In this document: positions 23,117-32,993 of the stretch, piece by piece
How the letters are laid out: the number at the start of each line of letters is the position of its first letter
How positions within the stretch are numbered: position 1 is the stretch's first letter
From: a virus
Direction: 5' to 3' (one strand)
Virus record (IMG/VR): IMGVR_UViG_3300049043_000070
Span: 122,294-186,293 of that record
DNA length: 64,000 nt
The notes under the pieces: model-generated
Told to the model about the DNA's origin: nothing
The model's input: only the letters and a program-made list of their open reading frames with translations
Databases searched by the model: none
Program-made: the position numbers and the translations under genes

Positions 23117-24110
23117 GTTCTTTTATTGATGTAAAGTATATTCAACTCGTATCCTCTCGTCTTATTCTGTTTACACGCAAAAAAGCAGACCTGTATAATT
23201 TCAGGTGTCCATACTGTGGAGATAGTCAGAAGCGCAGAAATAAGGCAAGAGGATATTTGTTTAAGATCAAGAATGATTTTGTGTTTAAGTGTCACAATTG
23301 TGGAGCAGGCAGAACCCTCTCCAACTTCCTAAAGGACCAGGACACATTCCTTCATGATCAATACGTGATGGAAAAGTTCAAAGATGGTAAGACTGGCAAA
23401 GGAACTACAATTCCAAACCCAGTCTTTAATTTTCAGGAACCAAAGTTTTTCACTAAAATTGAAAATTCAGTTGATCTTGAAAAAATTTCAGACCTAAATA
23501 TTTCTCACCCGGCGAGAGAGTATCTTGAAAATAGAGGTATCAAAGATTTAGATTATTTTTATTATTGTCCAAAGTTCAAAGAATGGACAAACAAACAAAA
23601 GAAAACTTTTGATACCTTGCGCCAAGATAGTCCCAGAATTATCATTCCTTTCCGAGACAAAGATGGTAACCTTTTTGGATACCAAGGCAGATCGCTAGCT
23701 CCTAAAGCAAAACTCAGATACATCACGATCATGCTGGATGAAGGACAATCAAAAATTTTCGGACAGGATAGAGTAAATTACGATGAGAGATTATTTGTAA
23801 CAGAAGGACCCTTTGATAGTATGTTCATAAAGAACGCATTAGCAATGGCAGGTTCCGATGTTTCACTGTCTCAATTCTCAAAAGATACTGTATTTGTATT
23901 TGATAATGAACCACGCAATAAAGAGATTGTAGCAAAATATGAAAAGGTAATCAAAGCAGGATACTCAGTCGTGATTTATCCTAGCGGTATAGTAGAAAAA
24001 GATTTGAACGATATGTGCTTATCTGGACGTGATGTTCAAAGTATAGTAGAATGTAATATCTACAGCGGATTAGAAGCAACTCTTAAATTAAACAATTGGA
24101 AAAGGTATGA
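23113..24110 (+). CDS. gp61: DNA primase
   Basis: CPYCGD...CHNC zinc finger, RIIIPF, TEGPFDS, FVFDNEPRN TOPRIM, KDLNDM. Confidence 0.96.
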
Positions 24111-26431
24111 CAAACGGATACAACATTCAAGTTCGCAAGCGTAACGGGTCTGTAGAACCCATCAATCTTGATAAGATCCATAAGATGGTAGAAGAGGCTT
24201 GCGATGGGTTAGGGAGCGGCGTGAGTGCCTCTCAGGTGGAAATGAATTCCGGTCTTCAGTTCTTTGATGGAATTGAAACCAAGAACATTCAGGAAATTCT
24301 TGTTCGTTCTGCTAGCGATTTGATTAGTCTTGATAGTCCAAACTATCAATATGTTGCTGCTAGATTACTTTTGTTTGGACTTCGCAAACAAGTATTTGGT
24401 TCTGCCTGGTTGAATGGTTATCCTCATGTATTAGATCATACCTTTAAATGTGCGACAAAAGGAATTTATGACAAAGAAATTCTTGGTAAATATACCAAAG
24501 AAGAATGGGATAAGATCAACAGTTTTATTGATCATGAGCGAGATTTTCTCTTTACATATGCTGGTCTTCGCCAGGTAGTTGATAAGTATCTTGTTCAAGA
24601 TCGCAGTAGTGGAGAAGTCTATGAAACTCCACAATACATGTATATTATGATTGCTGCGACTTTGTTCCAGAACTATCGCAAAGACAGGTTAGAGTATGTC
24701 AAAAAATACTACGACGCAATCTCAAAGCACAAAATCAACATCCCTACCCCCATTATGGCGGGCGTTAGGACACCACTCAGACAATTTGCTAGCTGTGTTT
24801 CTTGTTGATGTTGATGACACCCTCGATAGCATCTTTAGCAGTGACATGGCTGATTGGCTGACTATGTTAGTCAAAGGGCAGGAATTGGCATCAACGCAGG
24901 TCGTATCCGTGGCATCAACAGCAAAATCAGAGGGGAGAAGTTACTCATACAGGTGTTATCCCATTCCTCAAAAAGTTTGAAGCAACTGTTAGATGCTGTA
25001 CACAAAACGGGATTCGCGGTGGAAGTGCTACTGTCCACTTTCCAATCTGGCACAAAGAAATAGAAGATATTATTGTATTAAAAAATAATAAAGGAACCGA
25101 AGATAATCGTGTTCGTAAGTTAGATTACTCAATTCAAATCAGCAAACTGTTCTATGAGCGTTTCATTCAAGACCAAGAAATCTCACTCTTCTCCCCACAT
25201 GATGTTCCTGGTTTGTATGATGCTTTTGGCACTGATAGATTTGACGAGTTATATGTGGGTTATGAACGAGATACATCTATTTCAAGAAAGACTATTGGAG
25301 CTCAAGAACTCATTTTGGACCTCTGAAAGGAGAGAGCAGAGACCGGTCGTATTTACATCATGAATATTGACCACTGCAACTCTCATTCTTCATTCAAAGA
25401 TAAGGTCAACATGTCCAATCTTTGTCAAGAGATTACACTACCAACAGATCCAATCAATCATATTGATGATAAGGAGGGAGAAATTGCTCTCTGTATTTTG
25501 TCTGCGATTAATGTTGGTAAGTTAAAAACTCTTGATGATCTTGAAGAACTTTGTGATCTTACTGTTCGTGGTCTTGAAGAACTAATTGATTATCAGAAAT
25601 ATCCTGTTGCAGCTGCCAGAAAATCTACTCTTGCTCGCCGTTCTCTTGGCATTGGTTACATTGGACTAGCACATTATCTGGCAAAAAATGGAGTAAAATA
25701 TGAAGATCCAACAGCATGGCAACTCGTCCATGACCTTACTGAAGCCTTTCCAGTACTATCTCCTCAAATCTTCCAACGCAATTGCCAAGGAGAAAGGAGC
25801 ATGTGAATACTTCCCAAGAACCAAATATGCTGACGGTATCCTGCCAATTGACACTTACAAGCGCGACATTGATGAGTTCTGTGATTCAACATTGAAGTAT
25901 GATTGGGAAGTACTACGTGCCGAGATACAAGCATCTGGACTACGACATTCAACATTGTCCGCACAAATGCCATCGGAAAGCAGTTCCGTTGTGTCAAATG
26001 CCACAAATGGAATTGAACCACCACGAGGATACATGTCCACTAAGAAAAGTAAAAAAGGGCCTCTTAAGCAGATTGTTCCGCAGTATGGGTCTCTTAAAAA
26101 TAACTATACTCTTCTTTGGGACATGAAAGATAATGATGGTTACATTAAAATTGTTGCCGCCATGCAGAAATTCTTTGACCAAGCAATCTCTGGAAACTGG
26201 AGTTATAATCCAGAAAATTATGATGACAACGAGGTTCCAGTATCTGTGATGGCAGGCGACCTTCTGAAGACCTACAAATATGGTTGGAAAACTTCATATT
26301 ATCAAAACACATATGACATCAAGAGTGATGAGCTTCTATTAACAGAAGACGAAAAGAAAAACTCAATCAAAGATCTACTAGACGACATTTTCAAAACGGA
26401 GGAAGAAGATTGTGACAGTTGTAAAATTTAG
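24107..26431 (+). CDS. nrdA: Class Ia ribonucleotide reductase alpha subunit (multiple frameshifts)
   Basis: ATP-cone start VRKRNG, PTPIMAG, SNLCQEI, QMPSESSS, C-terminal CDSCKI. Confidence 0.96.
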
Positions 26432-27590
26432 AGTTACAGAACCACAAAACGTAGAAGGTATGACAGTATTCAATACAAATAAAGTTGATACCACAAAACA
26501 GAAAATGTTTTTTGGACCTCCTTTGGGGGTTCAGCGTTATGATAAGTTCAAGTACCCTGTATTTGACAAACTGACACAACAGCAACTTGGATATTTTTGG
26601 AGACCTGAAGAGGTATCCCTTCAGAAAGATCGTGCTGATTATCAAACATTAAACGCAGCACAAAAACATATCTTTACTTCTAATCTCAAGTATCAAATTC
26701 TTCTTGATAGTGTTCAAGGTCGTGGTCCTGGTATGGCGTTTATGCCATATTGTTCTCTTCCCGAGCTAGAAGGTGCCATGAACATCTGGCAGACCATGGA
26801 AATGGTTCATAGTCGCTCATACACTCACATCATCAAGAATGTGTATGCTGATCCCTCTGAGGTGTTTGATAGAATTCTTGAGGATGACAAGATCCTTCAA
26901 CGTGCTCGTTCGGTAACTCGTTCATATGATGAATTCCTCCAAGCAGCAACAGAATGGGGAGCAGGAAACCAGTGGCAGCATCAGTTAGAAGGAACACCCG
27001 CAGCAAAGGACACTTTGTATGATCTCAAAAGAAAATTATATAGAGCAGTTGCGAACGTATATATCCTCGAAGGAATTCGGTTCTACGTATCGTTTGCCTG
27101 CTCTTTCGCTTTTGGTGAACTTAAACTCTTGGAAGGAAGCGCCAAAATCATCGGACTTATCGCAAGAGACGAAAGCCAACACATGACAATCACCCAGAAC
27201 ATTCTAAACAAATGGAAGGAAGGTGATGATCCTGAGATGGTTGAGATTGCTAAGGAAGAGAAAGAGAATGTCTATCAGATGTTTAGAGACTGTGTAGAAG
27301 AAGAGAGGCTATGGGCAGAGTATCTGTTCAAGGATGGATCTATCATTGGTCTCAACGACAAACTGTTGGCAAAGTATGTTGAATGGACTGCCAATCGTCG
27401 TCTCAAGTCCATTGGTCTCAAGGCAATCTTTGATACTCCTATCATTAACAATCCTCTTCCTTGGACAGAGCATTGGTTATCTTCTAAGGGCATGCAGGTT
27501 GCTCCGCAAGAGACAGAGGTTGAAAGTTACTTAATCGGGAGCATAAAACAGGATGTTAAGAAAGATACTTTCGCTGGTTTCAAACTTTAA
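26412..27590 (+). CDS. nrdB: Ribonucleotide reductase beta subunit
   Basis: FWRPEEV, LLDSVQGR, EMVHSRSY, LEGIRFY, RDESQH, APQETE. Confidence 0.97.
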   Translation: MTVVKFRVTEPQNVEGMTVFNTNKVDTTKQKMFFGPPLGVQRYDKFKYPVFDKLTQQQLGYFWRPEEVSLQKDRADYQTLNAAQKHIFTSNLKYQILLDSVQGRGPGMAFMPYCSLPELEGAMNIWQTMEMVHSRSYTHIIKNVYADPSEVFDRILEDDKILQRARSVTRSYDEFLQAATEWGAGNQWQHQLEGTPAAKDTLYDLKRKLYRAVANVYILEGIRFYVSFACSFAFGELKLLEGSAKIIGLIARDESQHMTITQNILNKWKEGDDPEMVEIAKEEKENVYQMFRDCVEEERLWAEYLFKDGSIIGLNDKLLAKYVEWTANRRLKSIGLKAIFDTPIINNPLPWTEHWLSSKGMQVAPQETEVESYLIGSIKQDVKKDTFAGFKL

Positions 27591-27771
27591 TGGAAGACTG
27601 GAAAGAAAAAGCACTGAAGTACGAAAAACTATCAGAGCACAACAAACGAATACTCAGGGAGGGACCGGAAAGCTCTATCGGAAGCATGGTTCCTCGGCGC
27701 AATGAAAAACAAATACCAGACCCCTGGTTCAACTGAATAGATAAATACCTCCGTGAAGGAGGTTTTTTATT

Positions 27772-28113
27772 ATGCGTCCACAATCAGCAAAAGCAAAGGG
27801 TCGCCGCCTTCAACAATGGGTGCGAGAAAAATTGATAGAATGTCTTAATATTCATCCAGAAGACATTGAAAGTCGTAGTATGGGTGCGGGAGGTGAGGAC
27901 TTAATCATGGCACGGGATGCCAGGTCAAAGTTCCCTCATAGTATTGAGTGTAAAAATGTGGAAGAAGCTGAATATCTGGGAGGCATACAGACAAGTGTTG
28001 CCAACAAAGGAAATTATGAACCAATTGTGGTTATAAAGAAGAATGGAGAAAGTCCATTAGTTGTAGTTGATGCTGAATATTTTATAAACCTCTATGGAGA
28101 AACCAATGCCTAA
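27772..28113 (+). CDS. Holliday-junction-resolvase-like PD-(D/E)xK nuclease
   Basis: KAKGRRLQ, GEDLI, IECKNVE. Confidence 0.65.
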   Translation: MRPQSAKAKGRRLQQWVREKLIECLNIHPEDIESRSMGAGGEDLIMARDARSKFPHSIECKNVEEAEYLGGIQTSVANKGNYEPIVVIKKNGESPLVVVDAEYFINLYGETNA

Positions 28114-28815
28114 GATTGATCTTCACAATTTTTTTAAACATTATGATGAAAATAACCCAAAACATGTTGCTGCTGTAGAAGAACTGGAGAAAGACGCTAA
28201 GTGGAAAAGCGCCTGCAATGAATTTAGAAGATACAGCAAACTGGGTGAGAATTTATAGATCAAAACCAGACAAACCAAAATCAAATATTCTTGATGTCCC
28301 TTTCTTTCCTCAGACAGATAATTACAGAGATGCTAATCGCACCTGTAACTCATCTGCCTGTGCTATGGTATTAGAATACTTTAAACCAGGCACACTTAAA
28401 GGAACAAAAGGCGATGATGCTTATGTCCAAAAAGTTTTCTCAATCGGTGACACAACTGATCACGTTGTTCAAACCCGTGCTGTTGGCGTCTTATGGTATT
28501 CAGTCACACTTTAGCTACAGGTTATCTTTTGATGACCTTGATCGTGAGCTTGCTGCTGGGAGACCAGTGGTTATTGGTATTCTCCACCGTGGTCCTTTAT
28601 CTGCTCCTACTGGTGGGCACATGGTTGTAGTCATCGCCAAGACATCTTCTGGTGATTATGTTGTTAATGATCCTTATGGTGCATTGAACGATGGTTATAC
28701 TGGTGCCGTAACAAATGGTAAAGGTGCTGTATATAAACATGGCAGATCTTGCTGCGTAGATGGTGTCCCAATGGTAAGTGATGGATGGGGGAGAATTTTT
28801 GACGTAAAAAAGTGA
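28106..28815 (+). CDS. Peptidase C39-like protein (frameshifted)
   Basis: VPFFPQTDN...TCNSSACAM (Cys), GGHMVVV (His), VNDPYG (Asp). Confidence 0.8.
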
Positions 28816-29305
28816 CAAGTTCTACTTCTGAAACAAGTAAATACGCTTTACCAGTAAAAGGAGTAGAACTCATTAAACAATTTGAAGGATGTGAATTATC
28901 TGCCTATCCAGACCCTCGTACTGGCGGGTCACCTATTACTATAGGATGGGGAAGCACCAGAGATTTTAATGGAAACCCATTTAAACTTGGACAAAAGATT
29001 TCTCAAAAGGTTGCTGATGATCTGCTAATTTCTCAAATTAAAAAAGAATACATTCCTACACTCACAAAAATACCATATTGGGGAGAGATGAATGAAAACC
29101 AGCGCGGAGCATTATTATCTTTTGCTTACAATCTCGGGCTAACTTTTTTAACAGTTCTGGGTTTGACACGATCTCAAGAATACTCAAAGATCACAAGTGG
29201 AATGATGTACCAAAAGTTTTAGAAATGTATCGTAATCCTGGCAGCAAAGTTGAAGCAGGATTACTTAGAAGAAGAAAAGCAGAAGGTAAACTTTGGATTT
29301 CTTAG
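28812..29305 (+). CDS. GH24 phage lysozyme/endolysin (frameshifted)
   Basis: LIKQFEG, AYPDP, TIGWGST, ALLSFAYNLG, GLLRRRKAE. Confidence 0.9.
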
Positions 29306-29541
29306 TCTTCTACTTTTGTTCTTAGAGCAATTACAGTCGTTAAAATTGCCAATAAAGTTTCATATCCTCTTCTCTCGGATTCTTTACAATCCAAGGGAGG
29401 AGGATTTTTTAATCCACCCAATACATTAGCACTAATGATAGAGCCTGGTATCATAAAGTTACAGGCAATAAAATTCAATCCAACAAAACCAACCGCTGAT
29501 ATACAGACAATAAAGATAAGTTTACTTAGATTGAGTTTCAT
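29302..29541 (-). CDS. Small membrane protein with 1-2 hydrophobic segments (holin candidate)
   Basis: LIFIVCISAVGFVGLNFIAC and LLAILTTVIAL; convergent with lysozyme. Confidence 0.5.
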   Translation of the reverse strand: MKLNLSKLIFIVCISAVGFVGLNFIACNFMIPGSIISANVLGGLKNPPPLDCKESERRGYETLLAILTTVIALRTKVED

Positions 29542-29729
29542 CTTCCCTCTTGCCTATGTATCCAGGTTTTTAACTCGTGTAGATATTGCCTGAGTTCGTC
29601 TGCTTTTTCTAGATGCCAAATGTCGCCACTCTTGAAATACTCTTGAGTGTGGTTGTCTATTGCTTTTAAAGTATTATGGATGGGAGCATTCCATGGCTCC
29701 CTGATTGGAGTGTTCCACTCTCTTGGCAT
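29538..29729 (-). CDS. Hypothetical protein
   Basis: ORF with minus-strand late-promoter-like CATAAATAC at ~29754-29762. Confidence 0.6.
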   Translation of the reverse strand: MPREWNTPIREPWNAPIHNTLKAIDNHTQEYFKSGDIWHLEKADELRQYLHELKTWIHRQEGR

Positions 29730-29769
29730 ACAATATTGCGCCCCGCCACCGTAAGTATTTATGAAAATA

Positions 29770-29798
29770 TTGACAAATCCTAAATAATCACTTATAAT
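29770..29798 (+). promoter_or_regulatory. Consensus sigma70 promoter upstream of rlpA leader
   Basis: TTGACA-17nt-TATAAT. Confidence 0.8.
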
Positions 29799-29854
29799 GT
29801 TTTTAACCCATGAGATTTCATGGGTTTTCTCATAATGAGAAGGTGAGTGACAAT

Positions 29855-29921
29855 TAGAGCCCAGGAGATTGCCCTCTGAGAAGAGGGAAGTGCGCTTTCT
29901 CTATTGGGATGTAGAGTTCTA
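29855..29921 (+). ncRNA. Candidate structured cis-regulatory leader of rlpA (family unassigned)
   Basis: Nested stems TAGAGC/GTTCTA, CCCAG/TTGGG, GAGA/TCTC, CCCTCT-GAGA-AGAGGG. Confidence 0.55.
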
Positions 29922-29930
29922 TTAATTTTA

Positions 29931-30293
29931 ATGCTTTTTAAAACACTTTCAATTCTTGCTTTTGGTCTCGTCGGATTGGCACCCGTAACAGCAAAGGCAG
30001 CGAGCGGATGTTCCCTCGCATCACATTATGGAGTTGGTGACGGATATCATGGGCAAACAACTGCTAACGGTGAACGATATAACGCATATGGAAAATCTGT
30101 GGCGCACAGATGGCTTCCATTCGGAACTAGATTACGAGTTACGAATCAACGAACTGGAAAGTCAGTACTTGTGCGTGTAAATGATCGTGGACCCTATGTT
30201 GGAGATAGGGATCTTGACTTGTCTTATGGTGCTTTCTCTTCTATTGCTCACCCAGGGCAAGGTGTAGTAAGTGTTTGCTATAGTAGAATTTGA
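29931..30293 (+). CDS. rlpA: RlpA-like (DPBB) lytic transglycosylase with signal peptide
   Basis: ASHYG...TANGERYN..AH..LPFGT..RVTN..V.VRVNDRGP...LDLS. Confidence 0.9.
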   Translation: MLFKTLSILAFGLVGLAPVTAKAASGCSLASHYGVGDGYHGQTTANGERYNAYGKSVAHRWLPFGTRLRVTNQRTGKSVLVRVNDRGPYVGDRDLDLSYGAFSSIAHPGQGVVSVCYSRI

Positions 30294-30352
30294 TCAATTT
30301 TACTTTTCCTAATAAATAAGGAGGAGTGGTGCTAGCAACTCTTCCTTTTTTT

Positions 30353-30751
30353 ATGTTTAATTTTAATTTTGGCAAAAAGAAAACATCTATAAAAACTATA
30401 CTAATACTTACATTAGTTGTAGCATCACTCTCATCTTGCCTAAGGATAGAGGATAAACATATCTGGGATATTATTTACGAAGCACTAGTAAAGTATCAAC
30501 CAGATTCTACTTTAATACCAGAACTACAGAAAGATCCTGGCATCATAGAACGCAAAGTAAAAAGAACTGTTGATAAAGCGATCAGAGATTATGAACGCTT
30601 GACAGGTGACGATGGAACTGTTAAGATACTATCTCCAAGATACTCAGAGAAACCAGTGGACACTTCTGTGTGCTATACTGATGATTGTAAATCACTTGGA
30701 GGGGAAATCAGGATGTGTGCCCCGTGGATTGACACCTGCCCCAAACAGTGA
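30353..30751 (+). CDS. Putative lipoprotein
   Basis: KKK, hydrophobic stretch, then LSSC lipobox; four C-terminal Cys. Confidence 0.55.
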   Translation: MFNFNFGKKKTSIKTILILTLVVASLSSCLRIEDKHIWDIIYEALVKYQPDSTLIPELQKDPGIIERKVKRTVDKAIRDYERLTGDDGTVKILSPRYSEKPVDTSVCYTDDCKSLGGEIRMCAPWIDTCPKQ

Positions 30752-30765
30752 TATACTTCTTACAT

Positions 30766-30838
30766 GCCTCAGTAACTCAGAGGACAGAGTATCCGCCTTC
30801 TAAGCGGTTAACCGTTGGTTCGAATCCAACCTGAGGCG
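30766..30838 (+). tRNA. tRNA-Arg(TCT)
   Basis: Cloverleaf; loop CTTCTAA; TTGACA..TATACT promoter upstream. Confidence 0.9.
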
Positions 30839-30886
30839 TTGAGTTTTTTAAACTCTTATAAATAAACACATTAAAGGTCGAACATC

Positions 30887-30988
30887 ATGTCTAACTTCAG
30901 CAAGCAAATTGAGATTTTTATGGAAAGTGATTGCCGTTATTGGCATATTGCTCAGTCCCCCGTGCTTGCTCATAAGTGGAAACGATGA
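30887..30988 (+). CDS. 33-aa small ORF MSNFSKQIEIFMESDCRYWHIAQSPVLAHKWKR
   Basis: Manual translation; TATAAATA at 30857. Confidence 0.4.
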   Translation: MSNFSKQIEIFMESDCRYWHIAQSPVLAHKWKR

Positions 30989-31105
30989 CCGACATCTGAC
31001 ACATAAGCAAGATTTATCAGGGGGGCAGTTGACAAAACCGCCCCCCTTATTTTATTGTAAATTCATCGGTGGGTGATCCACCAGCACCTTGACAATTTAA
31101 TCTTT

Positions 31106-31178
31106 GGGTCTGTAACTCAGTTGGTAGAGTAGCGGGCTTTTAACCTGTAAGTCGTCGGTTCAAGCCCGACCAGACCCA
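31106..31178 (+). tRNA. tRNA-Lys(TTT)
   Basis: Cloverleaf; loop CTTTTAA. Confidence 0.92.
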
Positions 31179-31182
31179 TTGT

Positions 31183-31264
31183 GGGAGGATTTCCGAGTGG
31201 TTAAAGGAATCTGACTGTAAATCAGACGGCTCTGCCTTCACAGGTTCAAATCCTGTTCCTCCCA
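31183..31264 (+). tRNA. tRNA-Tyr(GTA)
   Basis: Loop CTGTAAA; long variable arm. Confidence 0.92.
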
Positions 31265-31268
31265 CCTT

Positions 31269-31340
31269 GGCCCTATAGTGAAGTGGTTATCACGCATCTC
31301 TGTCCAAGATGTATCACGAGTTCAAATCTCGTTAGGGTCG
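31269..31340 (+). tRNA. tRNA-Asp(GTC)
   Basis: CATCT-CTGTCCA-AGATG. Confidence 0.9.
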
Positions 31341-31343
31341 CCT

Positions 31344-31415
31344 GGTCTCATCGTCTAGTGGTTAGGACAACACTCTTTCACAGTGTAGACACGGGTTCAA
31401 GTCCCGTTGAGACTA
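31344..31415 (+). tRNA. tRNA-Glu(TTC)
   Basis: ACACT-CTTTCAC-AGTGT. Confidence 0.92.
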
Positions 31416-31417
31416 TT

Positions 31418-31492
31418 GGGAACATAGGCTCCAATTGGTAGAGCACATGGTTGAAGACCTTGGTGTTGTTGGTTCAAATCCAACTGTTCCCG
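31418..31492 (+). tRNA. tRNA-Phe(GAA)
   Basis: Loop TTGAAGA; acceptor GGGAACA/TGTTCCC. Confidence 0.88.
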
Positions 31493-31495
31493 CCT

Positions 31496-31569
31496 GGAAA
31501 CATAGCTTAGTTTGGTAAAGCATTCGACTGATAATCGAAAGACCACTGGTTCGAGTCCAGTTGTTTCCA
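31496..31569 (+). tRNA. tRNA-Ile(GAT)
   Basis: TTCGA-CTGATAA-TCGAA. Confidence 0.92.
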
Positions 31570-31572
31570 CTT

Positions 31573-31655
31573 GGAAGATTGGCAGAGCGGTTAATGCAGC
31601 GGTTTGCTAAACCGTGAGGGTAACACCTCCGTTGGTTCGAATCCAACATCTTCCG
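31573..31655 (+). tRNA. tRNA-Ser(GCT)
   Basis: Loop TTGCTAA; long variable arm. Confidence 0.92.
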
Positions 31656-31657
31656 TT

Positions 31658-31729
31658 GGCAGTGTAGTTCAGTGGTAGAACAAGAGATTCATACCCTCTA
31701 TGTCGGTAGTTCAATTCTACCCACTGCCT
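31658..31729 (+). tRNA. tRNA with CAT anticodon (elongator Met or Ile2)
   Basis: Loop TTCATAC; G1-C72 pair so not an initiator. Confidence 0.85.
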
Positions 31730-31730
31730 T

Positions 31731-31802
31731 GTGTCGTTAGCCTAGTGGTTAAGGCAGTGGTTTGTGGAACCACCCAGATGGGTTCAATTCCCATACGTCA
31801 CC
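31731..31802 (+). tRNA. tRNA-His(GTG)
   Basis: GTGGT-TTGTGGA-ACCAC. Confidence 0.88.
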
Positions 31803-31803
31803 C

Positions 31804-31873
31804 GTTTCAGTCGCCAAGTGGTAAGGCGGAAGTCTGCAACTTCCATGCGTTGGTTCGATTCCAACCTGAAACT
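31804..31873 (+). tRNA. tRNA-Cys(GCA), anticodon arm probably missing A residues through sequencing error
   Basis: GTTTCAG/CTGAAAC acceptor; GGAAGTCTGCAACTTCC. Confidence 0.75.
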
Positions 31874-31877
31874 CTAA

Positions 31878-31951
31878 TGAGAAATCGTCTAATGGTAGGA
31901 CACCTCCCTTTGAAGGAGTTTATCTAGGTTCGAGTCCTAGTTTCTCAGCCA
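31878..31951 (+). tRNA. tRNA-Gln(TTG) with encoded CCA
   Basis: CTCC-CTTTGAA-GGAG. Confidence 0.92.
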
Positions 31952-31952
31952 G

Positions 31953-32023
31953 TTGGGTTGGTGTAATTGGTAACATCTTGGTCTCCAAAACCAAAGTTCA
32001 GAGTTCAAGTCTCTGGCCCTTCG
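31953..32023 (+). tRNA. tRNA-Trp(CCA)
   Basis: TTGGT-CTCCAAA-ACCAA; top of acceptor stem imperfect. Confidence 0.82.
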
Positions 32024-32026
32024 CCT

Positions 32027-32101
32027 GTCCTCTTCAGCTCAGTGGAATAGAGCAATCGGCTACGAACCGATGTGTCGTAGGTTCAAATCCTACAGAGGAC
32101 G
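32027..32101 (+). tRNA. tRNA-Arg(ACG)
   Basis: ATCGG-CTACGAA-CCGAT. Confidence 0.92.
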
Positions 32102-32160
32102 CTTTTCAAAAAGGAGCTTGACAAGACAATCTAAATACCTTAGAATTACTCAGTAATTAT

Positions 32161-32247
32161 GCTCCAGTGGTGGAACGGTAGACACAGCGGACTTAGAATC
32201 CGCCGCCCTGAAAAAGCGTGGAAGTTCAAATCTTCTCTGGAGCACCA
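32161..32247 (+). tRNA. tRNA-Leu(TAG) with CCA
   Basis: GCGGA-CTTAGAA-TCCGC; long variable arm; TTGACA promoter at 32119. Confidence 0.92.
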
Positions 32248-32319
32248 GGGCGATTAACTCAGTGGTAGAGTGGCCTCCTTACAAGTGGTAAGTCACTGGT
32301 TCGAATCCAGTATCGCCCA
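32248..32319 (+). tRNA. tRNA-Val(TAC)
   Basis: Loop CTTACAA; GGGCGAT/ATCGCCC. Confidence 0.9.
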
Positions 32320-32435
32320 TTTTTCATCATAAATTATGAAAAAGAAAACTTTTAATAAACTTATCCAGGGACCCTTGCGGTTTCATCATCAAGATATTCA
32401 CGAAGAACTAGAAGACATTAAGGGAATGTTGAAAA

Positions 32436-32687
32436 ATGTTATCAGTCAGATGCAAGAATTGCGGGAAGGAGTTAGAGGCTCACCCAACGAAAACTAGATG
32501 TTGTGGATGTCCAAACATGACATCTGTTAGAGGAGACCAAATATCCGCAGTTGATCTATCCAAAGTTGTATTAATCAATTCTGAAAAGAATATTAAGAAA
32601 CAACCATTGTTATCAAATGCTGACCTAAAATACCAGGAAGAACGACGCAAACGCAAAGTTCGCAAACTAGACTTTGAGGTACGCTAA
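32436..32687 (+). CDS. Small zinc-finger protein
   Basis: CKNC...CCGC motifs. Confidence 0.7.
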   Translation: MLSVRCKNCGKELEAHPTKTRCCGCPNMTSVRGDQISAVDLSKVVLINSEKNIKKQPLLSNADLKYQEERRKRKVRKLDFEVR

Positions 32688-32902
32688 TGATCAATCTCCA
32701 TCAACGTTATAATCATTATCTTCACACCGACAAAAAACATGATCGGGTGAATGAAAATATTATAGGTTATGGGTGGACTGATGATGGTTCAGAATTGACT
32801 GGGTATTATGTCTTGACAGAACATCACAAGTTGTTCTATAATCTTCAAGAACAATTTCAATATATGGAAGGGTGGCCGAGTGGTTTAAGGCAACAGTCTT
32901 GA
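32687..32902 (+). CDS. Hypothetical protein (3' end overlaps tRNA-Ser)
   Basis: ORF abutting the previous stop. Confidence 0.5.
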   Translation: MINLHQRYNHYLHTDKKHDRVNENIIGYGWTDDGSELTGYYVLTEHHKLFYNLQEQFQYMEGWPSGLRQQS

Positions 32903-32949
32903 AAACTGTCGTGTGACGAGCACCGTGGGTTCGAATCCCACCCCTTCCG
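32866..32949 (+). tRNA. tRNA-Ser(TGA)
   Basis: ACAGT-CTTGAAA-ACTGT; long variable arm. Confidence 0.92.
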
Positions 32950-32993
32950 TTCCCTATTATTAGGGATGACATGTCGTTCAAATAATAAAAACT

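Noticed and set aside
31817-31845. tRNA at 31804 read as Ala(TGC)
   Set aside because: That reading puts C at position 33; acceptor and D-arm look Cys-like, and adding two A's restores the CTGCAAA loop
30766-32319. CRISPR-like or repeat array
   Set aside because: The periodicity comes from tRNA D- and T-arm consensus; there are no identical repeats with unique spacers
32950-32993. Fur box upstream of the iron module
   Set aside because: Only short palindromes (CCCTATTATTAGGG, GACATGTC); no convincing GATAATGATAATCATTATC-like site
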